Assembly (NCBI GenBank): GCA_027046625.1
Contig: JALTXX010000002.1
Span: forward strand, 1 to 23,297
DNA length: 23,297 nucleotides
Reading direction: 5' to 3'
From: Candidatus Micrarchaeota archaeon
GTDB lineage: Archaea > Iainarchaeota > Iainarchaeia > JAADDC01
How positions within the stretch are numbered: position 1 is the stretch's first letter; every line of letters starts with the position of its first letter. The notes under the pieces are model-generated. The model did no database searches. It saw nothing but the letters and a program-made list of their open reading frames with translations, and had not been told where the DNA came from. Shown piece after piece: positions 1 to 7,183 of the stretch. A program made the translations under genes and the position numbers.

Positions 1-1
1 G

Positions 2-118
2 TTGAAGGCTCCTGTGGATGTGTTTGTAGTTCCAAAAACAAGATGGAATAAATACTACAATGTTGTGGGAACCATAGAGGAGGTAGCCTCCAGTGAAGGA
101 ATCCAGGTACTTGGATGA
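2..118 (+). CDS. C-terminal fragment of a minimal nucleotidyltransferase (MNT) antitoxin, 5'-truncated by the window
   Basis: Manual frame +2 translation LKAPVDVFVVPKTRWNKYYNVVGTIEEVASSEGIQVLG* resembles the MNT C-terminus (PVD-hydrophobic strand, ending ...EG..L). It overlaps the start of a HEPN gene. Confidence 0.7.
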   Translation: MKAPVDVFVVPKTRWNKYYNVVGTIEEVASSEGIQVLG

Positions 119-506
119 AGTAGTGTGCAGATGGGTTAAAAAGGCTGTGAATGATCTTCAGGCAGGAGAACTATTGCTTAATGAGGGATTCCTGGCAGAA
201 TCCGCCTTTCATTCCCAACAGGCAGCAGAAAAATCCCTTAAGGCTGTCCTTATATCTTTGGGTGTACGTCCGCCCAAAACACACCAGATAGAGATGTTAT
301 TAGAGCTATTATCTGAGAAGGGAGTGGATGTAGATAGTTTGAAGAGGTATGAACCGGAGATATTAAGCACGTATGCTGTGGAGTCAAGGTATCCGGATTT
401 TGAGGAGGAACCGTCTGAGGAGGAAGCGGAAGAGGCCTTAAATATAGCAAATAAGGTTGTTGAGTGGTCTCTCTCATATTTGAGAAATAGAGGAATACAC
501 TGCTAA
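93..506 (+). CDS. HEPN domain protein (MNT-HEPN toxin-antitoxin module)
   Basis: Motifs W..KA..DL..., AFHSQQAAEKSLKA, KTH.I..L and ESRYPD are typical of HEPN (COG2250-type). The start is either GTG93 (GAGGAGG upstream) or TTG111. Confidence 0.9.
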   Translation: MKESRYLDEVVCRWVKKAVNDLQAGELLLNEGFLAESAFHSQQAAEKSLKAVLISLGVRPPKTHQIEMLLELLSEKGVDVDSLKRYEPEILSTYAVESRYPDFEEEPSEEEAEEALNIANKVVEWSLSYLRNRGIHC

Positions 507-1384
507 ATCTTTACGGTATCACACACGTTAATACCCTCTCCTACTAGGCAGATCTTTATCCTAGCAGATTCATAGGGCACCTCCTTTAACGGAACGCCCC
601 AGAGAGAGCAGGTAGCACTTACGTTTGGCGGCACTTCCCACCTGTCACACCTTAGAAACGGAAGGTTTATACCTCCTATCACGTTACCTCCTACATCTAC
701 TGCGAACCAGTACGCAAAGTCACCTTTTCTGGCTGCTAATAGCTCATCCCTTAATGCATCGTATACCTGTACACTTATATTGTTCAGTCTTAGAATGCCT
801 TCAGAGGATACATTGGTAACGGTGAACCCAATCCTAATCTTTTCACATATAAAAGGAAATAGCAGGGCTGCGTTGTGATCGTGAAGCCCATCCAATACTA
901 TGGCTCCCACATTTTCGTTAACGTCGCCGCTGGGTTGGCCACTTGCCCAGAATCCTTCCCCTATCACCCCCATTTCACCTCCCGTAACATAAAACCACCC
1001 CTTGTCTGGTTCAGGAGCTCCAGGCTGTTGATATATGCCCACCCATGCAGTAGTCCATCCCCTTGACCGTAGAATCTCCTTTAGTTTGTTAAGTTGATCT
1101 ACGCTTTTCGGAGCTGCGAGGAACATTCCTCTATTCCTACAATAATAGAATGCGTCTATCCAGTTCATCCCCGTAGAGACCGGTACATAGTAATGGAAGT
1201 ACACTCCATAGGCTCCTCTAGGGACACTCTCAACGAATGCATCCATCACAACAGAGTATATCTGCCCCTGCTGGCCAGAGGTACTCTCCACCATCTGAGA
1301 AACACCCATATAGAGCAACGCCCCAATAGCTATCACTATGGCAATCAACAGCACCGTTGCCACGATGGGTGAAATACCTCTCAT
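503..1384 (-). CDS. Archaeal type IV pilin-like protein (class III signal peptide) with an inserted C-type lectin-like domain
   Basis: The N-terminus MRG/ISPIVATVLLIAIVIAIGALLY is a prepilin-peptidase cleavage motif plus hydrophobic helix. Residues ~64-182 carry CTLD hallmarks: W.DA..YC...G..LA, WVG, W..G, W..GQP, E.., .D, FICE. Confidence 0.85.
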   Translation of the reverse strand: MRGISPIVATVLLIAIVIAIGALLYMGVSQMVESTSGQQGQIYSVVMDAFVESVPRGAYGVYFHYYVPVSTGMNWIDAFYYCRNRGMFLAAPKSVDQLNKLKEILRSRGWTTAWVGIYQQPGAPEPDKGWFYVTGGEMGVIGEGFWASGQPSGDVNENVGAIVLDGLHDHNAALLFPFICEKIRIGFTVTNVSSEGILRLNNISVQVYDALRDELLAARKGDFAYWFAVDVGGNVIGGINLPFLRCDRWEVPPNVSATCSLWGVPLKEVPYESARIKICLVGEGINVCDTVKI

Positions 1385-1403
1385 CCTAACGAAAAAAAAC
1401 GAT

Positions 1404-1419
1404 GAATAAATACCTTTCG
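1404..1419 (-). promoter_or_regulatory. Putative BRE/TATA promoter of the pilin gene (near-leaderless)
   Basis: The minus strand reads CGAAAGGTATTTATT, ending about 20 nt upstream of ATG1384. Confidence 0.5.
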
Positions 1420-1440
1420 GTTGGGAATTGTTATGTATAA

Positions 1441-2394
1441 TTATCTCTTATTGACAGCCCTTCTATACAGGGGGTGTTTTCTAACCTTTTCTATGAATTC
1501 TTTCACAATGGGGCGTCTATGCTCCCCAAGAGCCTTCAGCTCTTCAATGAACTCCTTCAACAGGAGGGCCTCTTCTTCGTCTGCAATGTCTATCCCTTCC
1601 CCCCGCCTGAACTTATCCCTAACAACTATGAAGGCATTCTTTGTGGTTTTTACCTTTATCTTACCAGGATAGCTCTCCAGTCTAAGGCTTCTCAGCTCTT
1701 CAATCTTCTCTTTCAAGAGTTTCTTTCTATTTGCGACAAGTTTATACTTATCTAGGGCCTCTTTCTTTTTAATGGCCTCTCTCACGTCTATGTGAGGCCT
1801 CAAATAGTCGAAGCGGGACAGTCTGGCTGTAATACTTACCAAATCCGGCGTGAATGTTACATAAGGAAGCCCCTCCTTAGCCATCTTGATGACATTATCC
1901 TTTTGATCTTCGTATTTTGCTAGTTCTTCTAGCAAAGACCAGAAAAGACGGGATCTATACCTGTCTTTTCTGAACTTTAATAACAGCGAGGCAAGAAATT
2001 TCCTCCTCTCTGGGTCTGATAGATTTCTATGTAGGTTCATCTCTTTAATGAGTAATATCCCCACCCTTGTAGGTGTAAATTTGTGTAAACCCTCCTCTAT
2101 GAAGTGTTTAACCTCCTGTAGGTAACCCTTTAGCACAAGTTTCTTTATTATGCCCCAAAAGTGACCTACTTCATATTTAGAAGGATCCATTTCGTTTAGT
2201 GCCCTTATTAGAGCTTCCCTATGATGTTTCTGATCTATGTCTAGGTATAATCTTTTGTAAATCCATATGTTAAGAGACCTAAGAGCCTTCTCGAGGGGCA
2301 TCTCTCCTTGTTTAACCTTTCTTAGAAGCTCCTCCAGCCTTTCTAATGCTTCATCCATAAAGTCCCCCCGTAGCTGAAAAGTAACCTCTCCCAT
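1441..2394 (-). CDS. Hypothetical basic, alpha-helical protein with a two-copy internal repeat
   Basis: 317-codon ORF with K/E/L-rich composition like neighbouring genes and no recognisable family. The alternative start is ATG2358 (MDEALERL). Confidence 0.75.
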   Translation of the reverse strand: MGEVTFQLRGDFMDEALERLEELLRKVKQGEMPLEKALRSLNIWIYKRLYLDIDQKHHREALIRALNEMDPSKYEVGHFWGIIKKLVLKGYLQEVKHFIEEGLHKFTPTRVGILLIKEMNLHRNLSDPERRKFLASLLLKFRKDRYRSRLFWSLLEELAKYEDQKDNVIKMAKEGLPYVTFTPDLVSITARLSRFDYLRPHIDVREAIKKKEALDKYKLVANRKKLLKEKIEELRSLRLESYPGKIKVKTTKNAFIVVRDKFRRGEGIDIADEEEALLLKEFIEELKALGEHRRPIVKEFIEKVRKHPLYRRAVNKR

Positions 2395-2446
2395 TTATAT
2401 ATAACACACTGCTCCTTTAAATGCTCACATATACTTTTCTTACTGC

Positions 2447-2532
2447 GCGGGGGTGCCCGAGCCCGGTCAAAGGGGGCGGACTTAAGATCCGCTGGGTTAG
2501 TCCCTGCGCGGGTTCAAATCCCGCCCCCCGCA
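2447..2532 (+). tRNA. tRNA-Leu (anticodon TAA), no intron, CCA not encoded
   Basis: Acceptor stem GCGGGGG/CCCCCGC plus discriminator A, anticodon arm GCGGA-CTTAAGA-TCCGC, long variable arm, T arm GCGGG-TTCAAAT-CCCGC. TTTAAA lies ~25-30 nt upstream. Confidence 0.97.
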
Positions 2533-3491
2533 TCTAACCATGGAGTTTCTGCTTGATCTATCCTAAAGTAAGGGTTTATGGGGGTGTTTATTGGGGTTTT
2601 ATATCCGTGGGATAGGTAAAGATACCCTGTCCATGCAATCATTACCCCGTTATCCACTGCATATTTCTGGGGCACGATGTGCACCTTTGCTCCTCTTTCC
2701 TCCGCCATGGTTTTCATCATCTCTTGGAATCTTGGGCTGGCTGCTACTCCCCCTACAAGTAGCACTTCATCTTTTTCCGTGTGGGCAAGGGCCCTCTCTG
2801 CCACCTCAACCACCATGGCAAAGGCGGTTTCAAGGAGGGAGAATGCCACATCCTCCTTCGGGTACTTCTCCAATGCCCTTTCAGCCGCGGTAAGTAACCC
2901 AGAAAATGTCAGGTCACTTCCCTTTACGGTGTAGGGAAGAGGAATGTATTGTTTTGCATGTTGGGCAAGCTCAAGTAGTTTGGGAGGTCCCGGCATGGAG
3001 AGACCTAATCTCCTTGCAAAGGTGTCAAGCATGTTGCCTATTCCCATATCTAGCGTTTCTCCAAAGATCCTGTACTTGCCTCCCTCATGGGCAATGATCT
3101 GTGTATTCGCCCCTGAGGTGTATACAACTACCGGATCTTCTGCCCCTGTGAGAAGCTTTCCTATCTCTATATGGGAAAGGCTGTGGTTTACTCCGATGAG
3201 AGGAACGTTAAGGGAGGATGCAATATATCTTGCCGCCACAGCTCCCGTCCTGAGTGAGGGGCCAAGACCTGGACCTATAGAAAACGCAACGCCATCTACT
3301 CCCATATTTACCGCCTTCAATAGCGGTTTCCATCCCTCTCTCGAGAATAGATCTGCAGCTTCCCGTGGTAGGATACCCATCCCCTCTGGGGGTCGGAGCA
3401 CAACCCTCTCATCAAAAAGAATACGTCCCCTCTCATCCACTACTCCCACTCCGAAGGTGTGGGCAGTAGACTCAATGCCCAGTGTTTTCAT
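2514..3491 (-). CDS. kae1: tRNA N6-threonylcarbamoyladenosine synthesis protein Kae1 (stand-alone, not fused to Bud32)
   Basis: Motifs LGIESTAHT, GPGLGPSL, NHSLSHIEIG, GETLDMGIGNMLD, GGVAA and DNGVMIAW. The likely start ATG3491 forms an ATGA overlap with the rps27ae stop. Confidence 0.97.
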   Translation of the reverse strand: MKTLGIESTAHTFGVGVVDERGRILFDERVVLRPPEGMGILPREAADLFSREGWKPLLKAVNMGVDGVAFSIGPGLGPSLRTGAVAARYIASSLNVPLIGVNHSLSHIEIGKLLTGAEDPVVVYTSGANTQIIAHEGGKYRIFGETLDMGIGNMLDTFARRLGLSMPGPPKLLELAQHAKQYIPLPYTVKGSDLTFSGLLTAAERALEKYPKEDVAFSLLETAFAMVVEVAERALAHTEKDEVLLVGGVAASPRFQEMMKTMAEERGAKVHIVPQKYAVDNGVMIAWTGYLYLSHGYKTPINTPINPYFRIDQAETPWLDAGGGI

Positions 3492-3652
3492 TCCTTCTTC
3501 ACCGTGTACCCACACCTACCACAGTAATAGTATTCTCCTCTATCAGCCATAAACACACCTGGCCCGCACTTAGGGCAGAAGGGTCTCTCCCTTTTTATCT
3601 TATCTCCTTCAACTTTGTACAGCTTCCACTTCTTGCTCGGAGCGTGCTTCAT
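3488..3652 (-). CDS. rps27ae: 30S ribosomal protein S27ae (eS31); not in the ORF track
   Basis: Manual translation MKHAPSKKWKLYKVEGDKIKRERPFCPKCGPGVFMADRGEYYYCGRCGYTVKKE* has the CPKCG...CGRCG zinc ribbon. Conserved position between rps24e and kae1. Confidence 0.95.
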   Translation of the reverse strand: MKHAPSKKWKLYKVEGDKIKRERPFCPKCGPGVFMADRGEYYYCGRCGYTVKKE

Positions 3653-3926
3653 CCTCTGTCACCTCATTCCTCTTTCTTATATATTCTGGCTCTATAGATA
3701 AGGAATCCTTATCCTTGTAAACGTGAACCACTGCCCTAAACACATGGGAGCCTGCAGATCCCTCTATTTTCCTTACAATCACAAGGGAAGGATCCACACC
3801 AAGCTTTGCAGCTACCCCATTCTTTACATCCTTTCTGGTGGGAGTAGATTCTACCCTTATACTAACCGTTATCTCCTCCCTGTTTAGCAGGGGATTCTCC
3901 CTTCTTTCCTCTATGTTTATATCCAT
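3609..3926 (-). CDS. rps24e: 30S ribosomal protein S24e
   Basis: ENPLLNREEI, TPTRKDVK, and synteny. The C-terminal tail overlaps rps27ae by 44 nt. Confidence 0.95.
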   Translation of the reverse strand: MDINIEERRENPLLNREEITVSIRVESTPTRKDVKNGVAAKLGVDPSLVIVRKIEGSAGSHVFRAVVHVYKDKDSLSIEPEYIRKRNEVTEDEARSEQEVEAVQS

Positions 3927-3930
3927 GTTA

Positions 3931-4128
3931 TCACCTCGCTATGGCAACTGCATACTTTCCAGGATATTTAATGTTCATCAATTTTGCCATCTCGGACTTT
4001 TCAGGATCTACTACTATGAGCATGCCCCTCCAGAACTTGGTGAAGTTCTCGGAACCACACACAGGACACTTCTTTACATCCATCTCCACAAGAGCTTTGC
4101 AATTTCTGCACGCTTTAAGCTTCTCCAT
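3931..4128 (-). CDS. spt4: Transcription elongation factor Spt4 (RpoE2)
   Basis: ACRNC...CPVCGS zinc finger, W.G..IV.DPEKS.MAK, PGKYA. Follows rpoE. The ORF is open to 4137; ATG4128 has a good SD. Confidence 0.95.
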   Translation of the reverse strand: MEKLKACRNCKALVEMDVKKCPVCGSENFTKFWRGMLIVVDPEKSEMAKLMNIKYPGKYAVAIAR

Positions 4129-4666
4129 CTTCCTCACCCTCCAACCATTCCCACTTTCCTAATCCTGGTTGTCTCATAGTGAGACCGATCTTGGAATCTG
4201 TGACGGTATCTTTTAGTGAAACGGTGACGATCCTTGCCCTTACCTTGTCCTTCATGCCTACTGAGCGATTGCTTTCCTTGCCTATAAAGGCAGGTATGGA
4301 AGGATCGTACCTTACGAAGTCATCCATAATCTGGGACATGTGTACAAGCCCATCCATGGGCCCAATCCTTACGAAGAGACCGAACTCTGCCACATCCACA
4401 ACGTACCCATCTACCACCTCCTGAAGGAGGGGTTTGTAGGTTAGTACCTCGAAGGTGGCATCCACATAGACGTTGGGATCTCCAGGTATTACCATGGCAT
4501 CCCCCGTCTCCCTTACATTCACAATGGAAACAATCACACCCATATCCTCATCTACCAAACCCTCATACTCCTTCTTTAACTCTTGGAGGGCTGCTTCCTT
4601 TATGTCCTCCCCAAGGGAGGAAGGCGGAATAGCCACGGAGTCCCTCACGGTATAGAGGTAAAACAT
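4115..4666 (-). CDS. rpoE: RNA polymerase subunit E' (Rpo7)
   Basis: S1 domain FGLFVRIGPMDGLVHMSQIMDD and C-terminal IGLTMRQPGLGK. Confidence 0.97.
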   Translation of the reverse strand: MFYLYTVRDSVAIPPSSLGEDIKEAALQELKKEYEGLVDEDMGVIVSIVNVRETGDAMVIPGDPNVYVDATFEVLTYKPLLQEVVDGYVVDVAEFGLFVRIGPMDGLVHMSQIMDDFVRYDPSIPAFIGKESNRSVGMKDKVRARIVTVSLKDTVTDSKIGLTMRQPGLGKWEWLEGEEDGEA

Positions 4667-4669
4667 TCA

Positions 4670-5197
4670 TTACCCCTCCTTCTCAAACCTTTCAATGGCC
4701 GATGAAATAATATTTAGGGCCTCTTCCTTTCCCTTGAATTCTTTTACTTTTACCCACTTTCCAGGCTCTAACTCTTTGTACCTTTCGAAGAAGTGCTTCA
4801 CCCTGTTTAGAAATGCCTCTGAACAATCGGAAATATCCTTCACCTCATCCCAATAGGGATCCAGTTTACTTGTGGGTATCGCGAGAATCTTTTCATCCAT
4901 CCCCTCCTCATCCTCCATGATGAGCACACCTATTGGTCTGGCCCTTATAACTGTTCCAGGATATACCGGCTCCCTAGAGATGACGAGCACATCTACAGGG
5001 TCTCCATCCTCTGCCTTGGTTCTTGGAATGAAACCATAGTTTGCAGGGTACTTCATAGCGGTGTAGAGGAATCTATCCACAAATATTACACCCTTTTCAT
5101 GCTCATACTTTACACTACTGTCCTGAGGGATCTCCACCACCACATATATATCTTCCGGGGGGTTTTTGCCGGGCGGCAAATCCCTTAGAAGATCCAT
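4670..5197 (-). CDS. ppa: Soluble inorganic pyrophosphatase, family I
   Basis: EIP...KYE, DR.L, YGFIP.T, DGDPVD signature, DEKI and HFFE.YKELE. Confidence 0.97.
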   Translation of the reverse strand: MDLLRDLPPGKNPPEDIYVVVEIPQDSSVKYEHEKGVIFVDRFLYTAMKYPANYGFIPRTKAEDGDPVDVLVISREPVYPGTVIRARPIGVLIMEDEEGMDEKILAIPTSKLDPYWDEVKDISDCSEAFLNRVKHFFERYKELEPGKWVKVKEFKGKEEALNIISSAIERFEKEG

Positions 5198-5240
5198 GTT
5201 CTCACCCTAAGAGGTAGGTTAGGGGAAATCATTTAAAGCC

Positions 5241-5639
5241 TCAGTCCATCTCCAAATGGTTTCTCTCCCTCAGGTAGATGGTGGAGCCACCCCTCTCCCG
5301 GATACGTCTCCTAAGTTCTCTGTCGTTGGTGGCTATAATGTAGCCTTCCTCCGATAGCTTAAGAAGGATGGTATCCGTTGGTAGTGATTCGTCCACATCC
5401 AGTACCTCCACTTTTTCTAATAACTTCAACCCTACCTTTGCAGCCAGTCTCTCCTTTATACTGCCCTCTAGCATCTTCCTCAGTTCTCTGATTACTTGGG
5501 GAACTGTATATATCTTTGCCTCTGGGAGAAGCCTCCATATCTCCTCTAAAATATCTACCTTAAACTGGAAGGGAACGGTTAGCATGTTTGTATCGAGAAC
5601 AACCTTCAGGTTACCACCCCGTAACCTGTTAGCCTCCAT
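5241..5639 (-). CDS. PIN-domain ribonuclease (Fcf1/Utp24-like)
   Basis: VVLDTN, V..EL, TD..L and IATND.ELR motifs. Conserved location downstream of eif2g. Start uncertain (ATG5639 or CTG5609). Confidence 0.9.
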   Translation of the reverse strand: MEANRLRGGNLKVVLDTNMLTVPFQFKVDILEEIWRLLPEAKIYTVPQVIRELRKMLEGSIKERLAAKVGLKLLEKVEVLDVDESLPTDTILLKLSEEGYIIATNDRELRRRIRERGGSTIYLRERNHLEMD

Positions 5640-6790
5640 CTGTTGCCTATTTTTCTACTTATGGCTATTTTCATGCCTTCCTCTACTACAACGGGTTTCT
5701 TCGTCCGGAGTTCTAGAACATCTCCCCTGTAGGAGGATACAATGACAGCCGCAGGCATGGTACCTATGGCAGCAGCCATGAGTTCACCCTCTCTGAATGG
5801 GCTATGATCCACCCTTTGAACCTTCCTCTCGATGGGATGATATTCTATTGTAAACTCCATGGTAGGTTCCGGTAACGTTCCAGGCTTCCCCACGACCTGT
5901 CCCTTTAGTTTGTCAGCCTTCCCATAGAAAGGATCGATCTCCGTTCCTATGGCTATGAGTCCTCCTGGTCTTGCCTCCTCCAGCTGAGAATCTTCTGAAG
6001 CAAGAGATACAACAGTAGTAATGATAGGTTCTCCTTCAATTCCAGGACTAATCTCTATCTCATCCCCTACCCTCACCTTTCCCCTCTCTATAGACCCTCC
6101 TATAACCGCTCCCTTTATCTTCTCCGGAGGAGTGCCTGGTTTGTTTACGTCAAAGGAGCGAGCCACCCACATACGGAAGGGCTTGTTTTCATCTAGTTTT
6201 GGGGTGGGAATATACTCCTCTATGGCCCACACGAGGGCGTCGATATTTACTTTATGGTGCGCGGATGTTGGAATAACAGGCACGTTTTCATAGCCATAGG
6301 AGGATAGAAAGTCTACAATCTCCTCATAATTCTTTTTTGCTTGCTCCTTAGACACCAAATCTACTTTATTTTGCACTACAACCAAGTTTTTTACGCCGTT
6401 TATATCTATTGCAAGTAGGTGCTCCTCCGTCTGTGGTTGAGGACATGGCTCGTTTGCAGCAATTACCAGCACTGCCCCATTTAATATGGCGGCCCCCGAT
6501 AGCATTACTGTAAGGAGGGTTTCATGGCCTGGTGCGTCCACAAAGGATACCCTCCTCAATAACTCAAGGCCAGGTTTCCATGTTGGTGTGAAGGCCTCGG
6601 GAGGATCCTTGGATGGATCCCTTCCAAAGATAGCGTCTGCATAGCCCAGTCTAATAGAGATCCCCCTCTTCAATTCCTCAGAGTGGGTGTCTGTCCACTT
6701 TCCTGTTAAAGCATAGGTTAGAGTGGTCTTTCCATGGTCTACATGTCCAATCATGCCAATGTTTACCTCAGCCTGTTTGGGCTTCTCCAC
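5606..6790 (-). CDS. eif2g: Translation initiation factor aIF2 gamma subunit
   Basis: GHVDHGKT, EELKRGISIRLGY, DAPGHE, PQPQT.EH, QNKVD, RSFDVNKPG and WRL.GYG. Confidence 0.98.
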   Translation of the reverse strand: MEKPKQAEVNIGMIGHVDHGKTTLTYALTGKWTDTHSEELKRGISIRLGYADAIFGRDPSKDPPEAFTPTWKPGLELLRRVSFVDAPGHETLLTVMLSGAAILNGAVLVIAANEPCPQPQTEEHLLAIDINGVKNLVVVQNKVDLVSKEQAKKNYEEIVDFLSSYGYENVPVIPTSAHHKVNIDALVWAIEEYIPTPKLDENKPFRMWVARSFDVNKPGTPPEKIKGAVIGGSIERGKVRVGDEIEISPGIEGEPIITTVVSLASEDSQLEEARPGGLIAIGTEIDPFYGKADKLKGQVVGKPGTLPEPTMEFTIEYHPIERKVQRVDHSPFREGELMAAAIGTMPAAVIVSSYRGDVLELRTKKPVVVEEGMKIAISRKIGNRWRLTGYGVVT

Positions 6791-7154
6791 CGCCTATCAA
6801 CTCCTCAAGGGGCTTCTCTCCATGGGTTGTTATTACAAGGTTTAGTTGTTCTATATCCTCTGCTACAGTGTTTCCTCTCACCGTTTTTCTTACTCTCTCC
6901 CCCTTCTTTAGTCGCCTAACTCCTGGCCCACCGGAGAGAAGCACCTTCTTTCTGCCTGTTCCATGTACATCTGGTCTCATGGGGAAGCCATCCCTGTCTG
7001 TACCACCCGTTATCTTTGCCTTGTATCCTGTTAGTCCTATGGGGGAAAGATCTACCTCATCTCCTATCTTTAGCCCATAAAACATGGATGCCTCTTCCCC
7101 AATCTCCCTCTGAAATGCTTTGCCTGTTTTGGGATCAGAGATGACCAGCTTCAT
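6768..7154 (-). CDS. rps6e: 30S ribosomal protein S6e
   Basis: MKLVISDPKTGKA, ITGGTD.DGFPMRPD and RKTVRGN. ATG7154 lies ~25 nt downstream of a TTAAA box. Confidence 0.96.
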   Translation of the reverse strand: MKLVISDPKTGKAFQREIGEEASMFYGLKIGDEVDLSPIGLTGYKAKITGGTDRDGFPMRPDVHGTGRKKVLLSGGPGVRRLKKGERVRKTVRGNTVAEDIEQLNLVITTHGEKPLEELIGGGEAQTG

Positions 7155-7183
7155 GTTTACTATCCCCAAGCAGAAGGTTTAAG

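Noticed and set aside
2533-2540. CCA shortly after tRNA-Leu as an encoded CCA end
   Set aside because: It is 5 nt past the discriminator and belongs to a kae1 Trp codon on the other strand.
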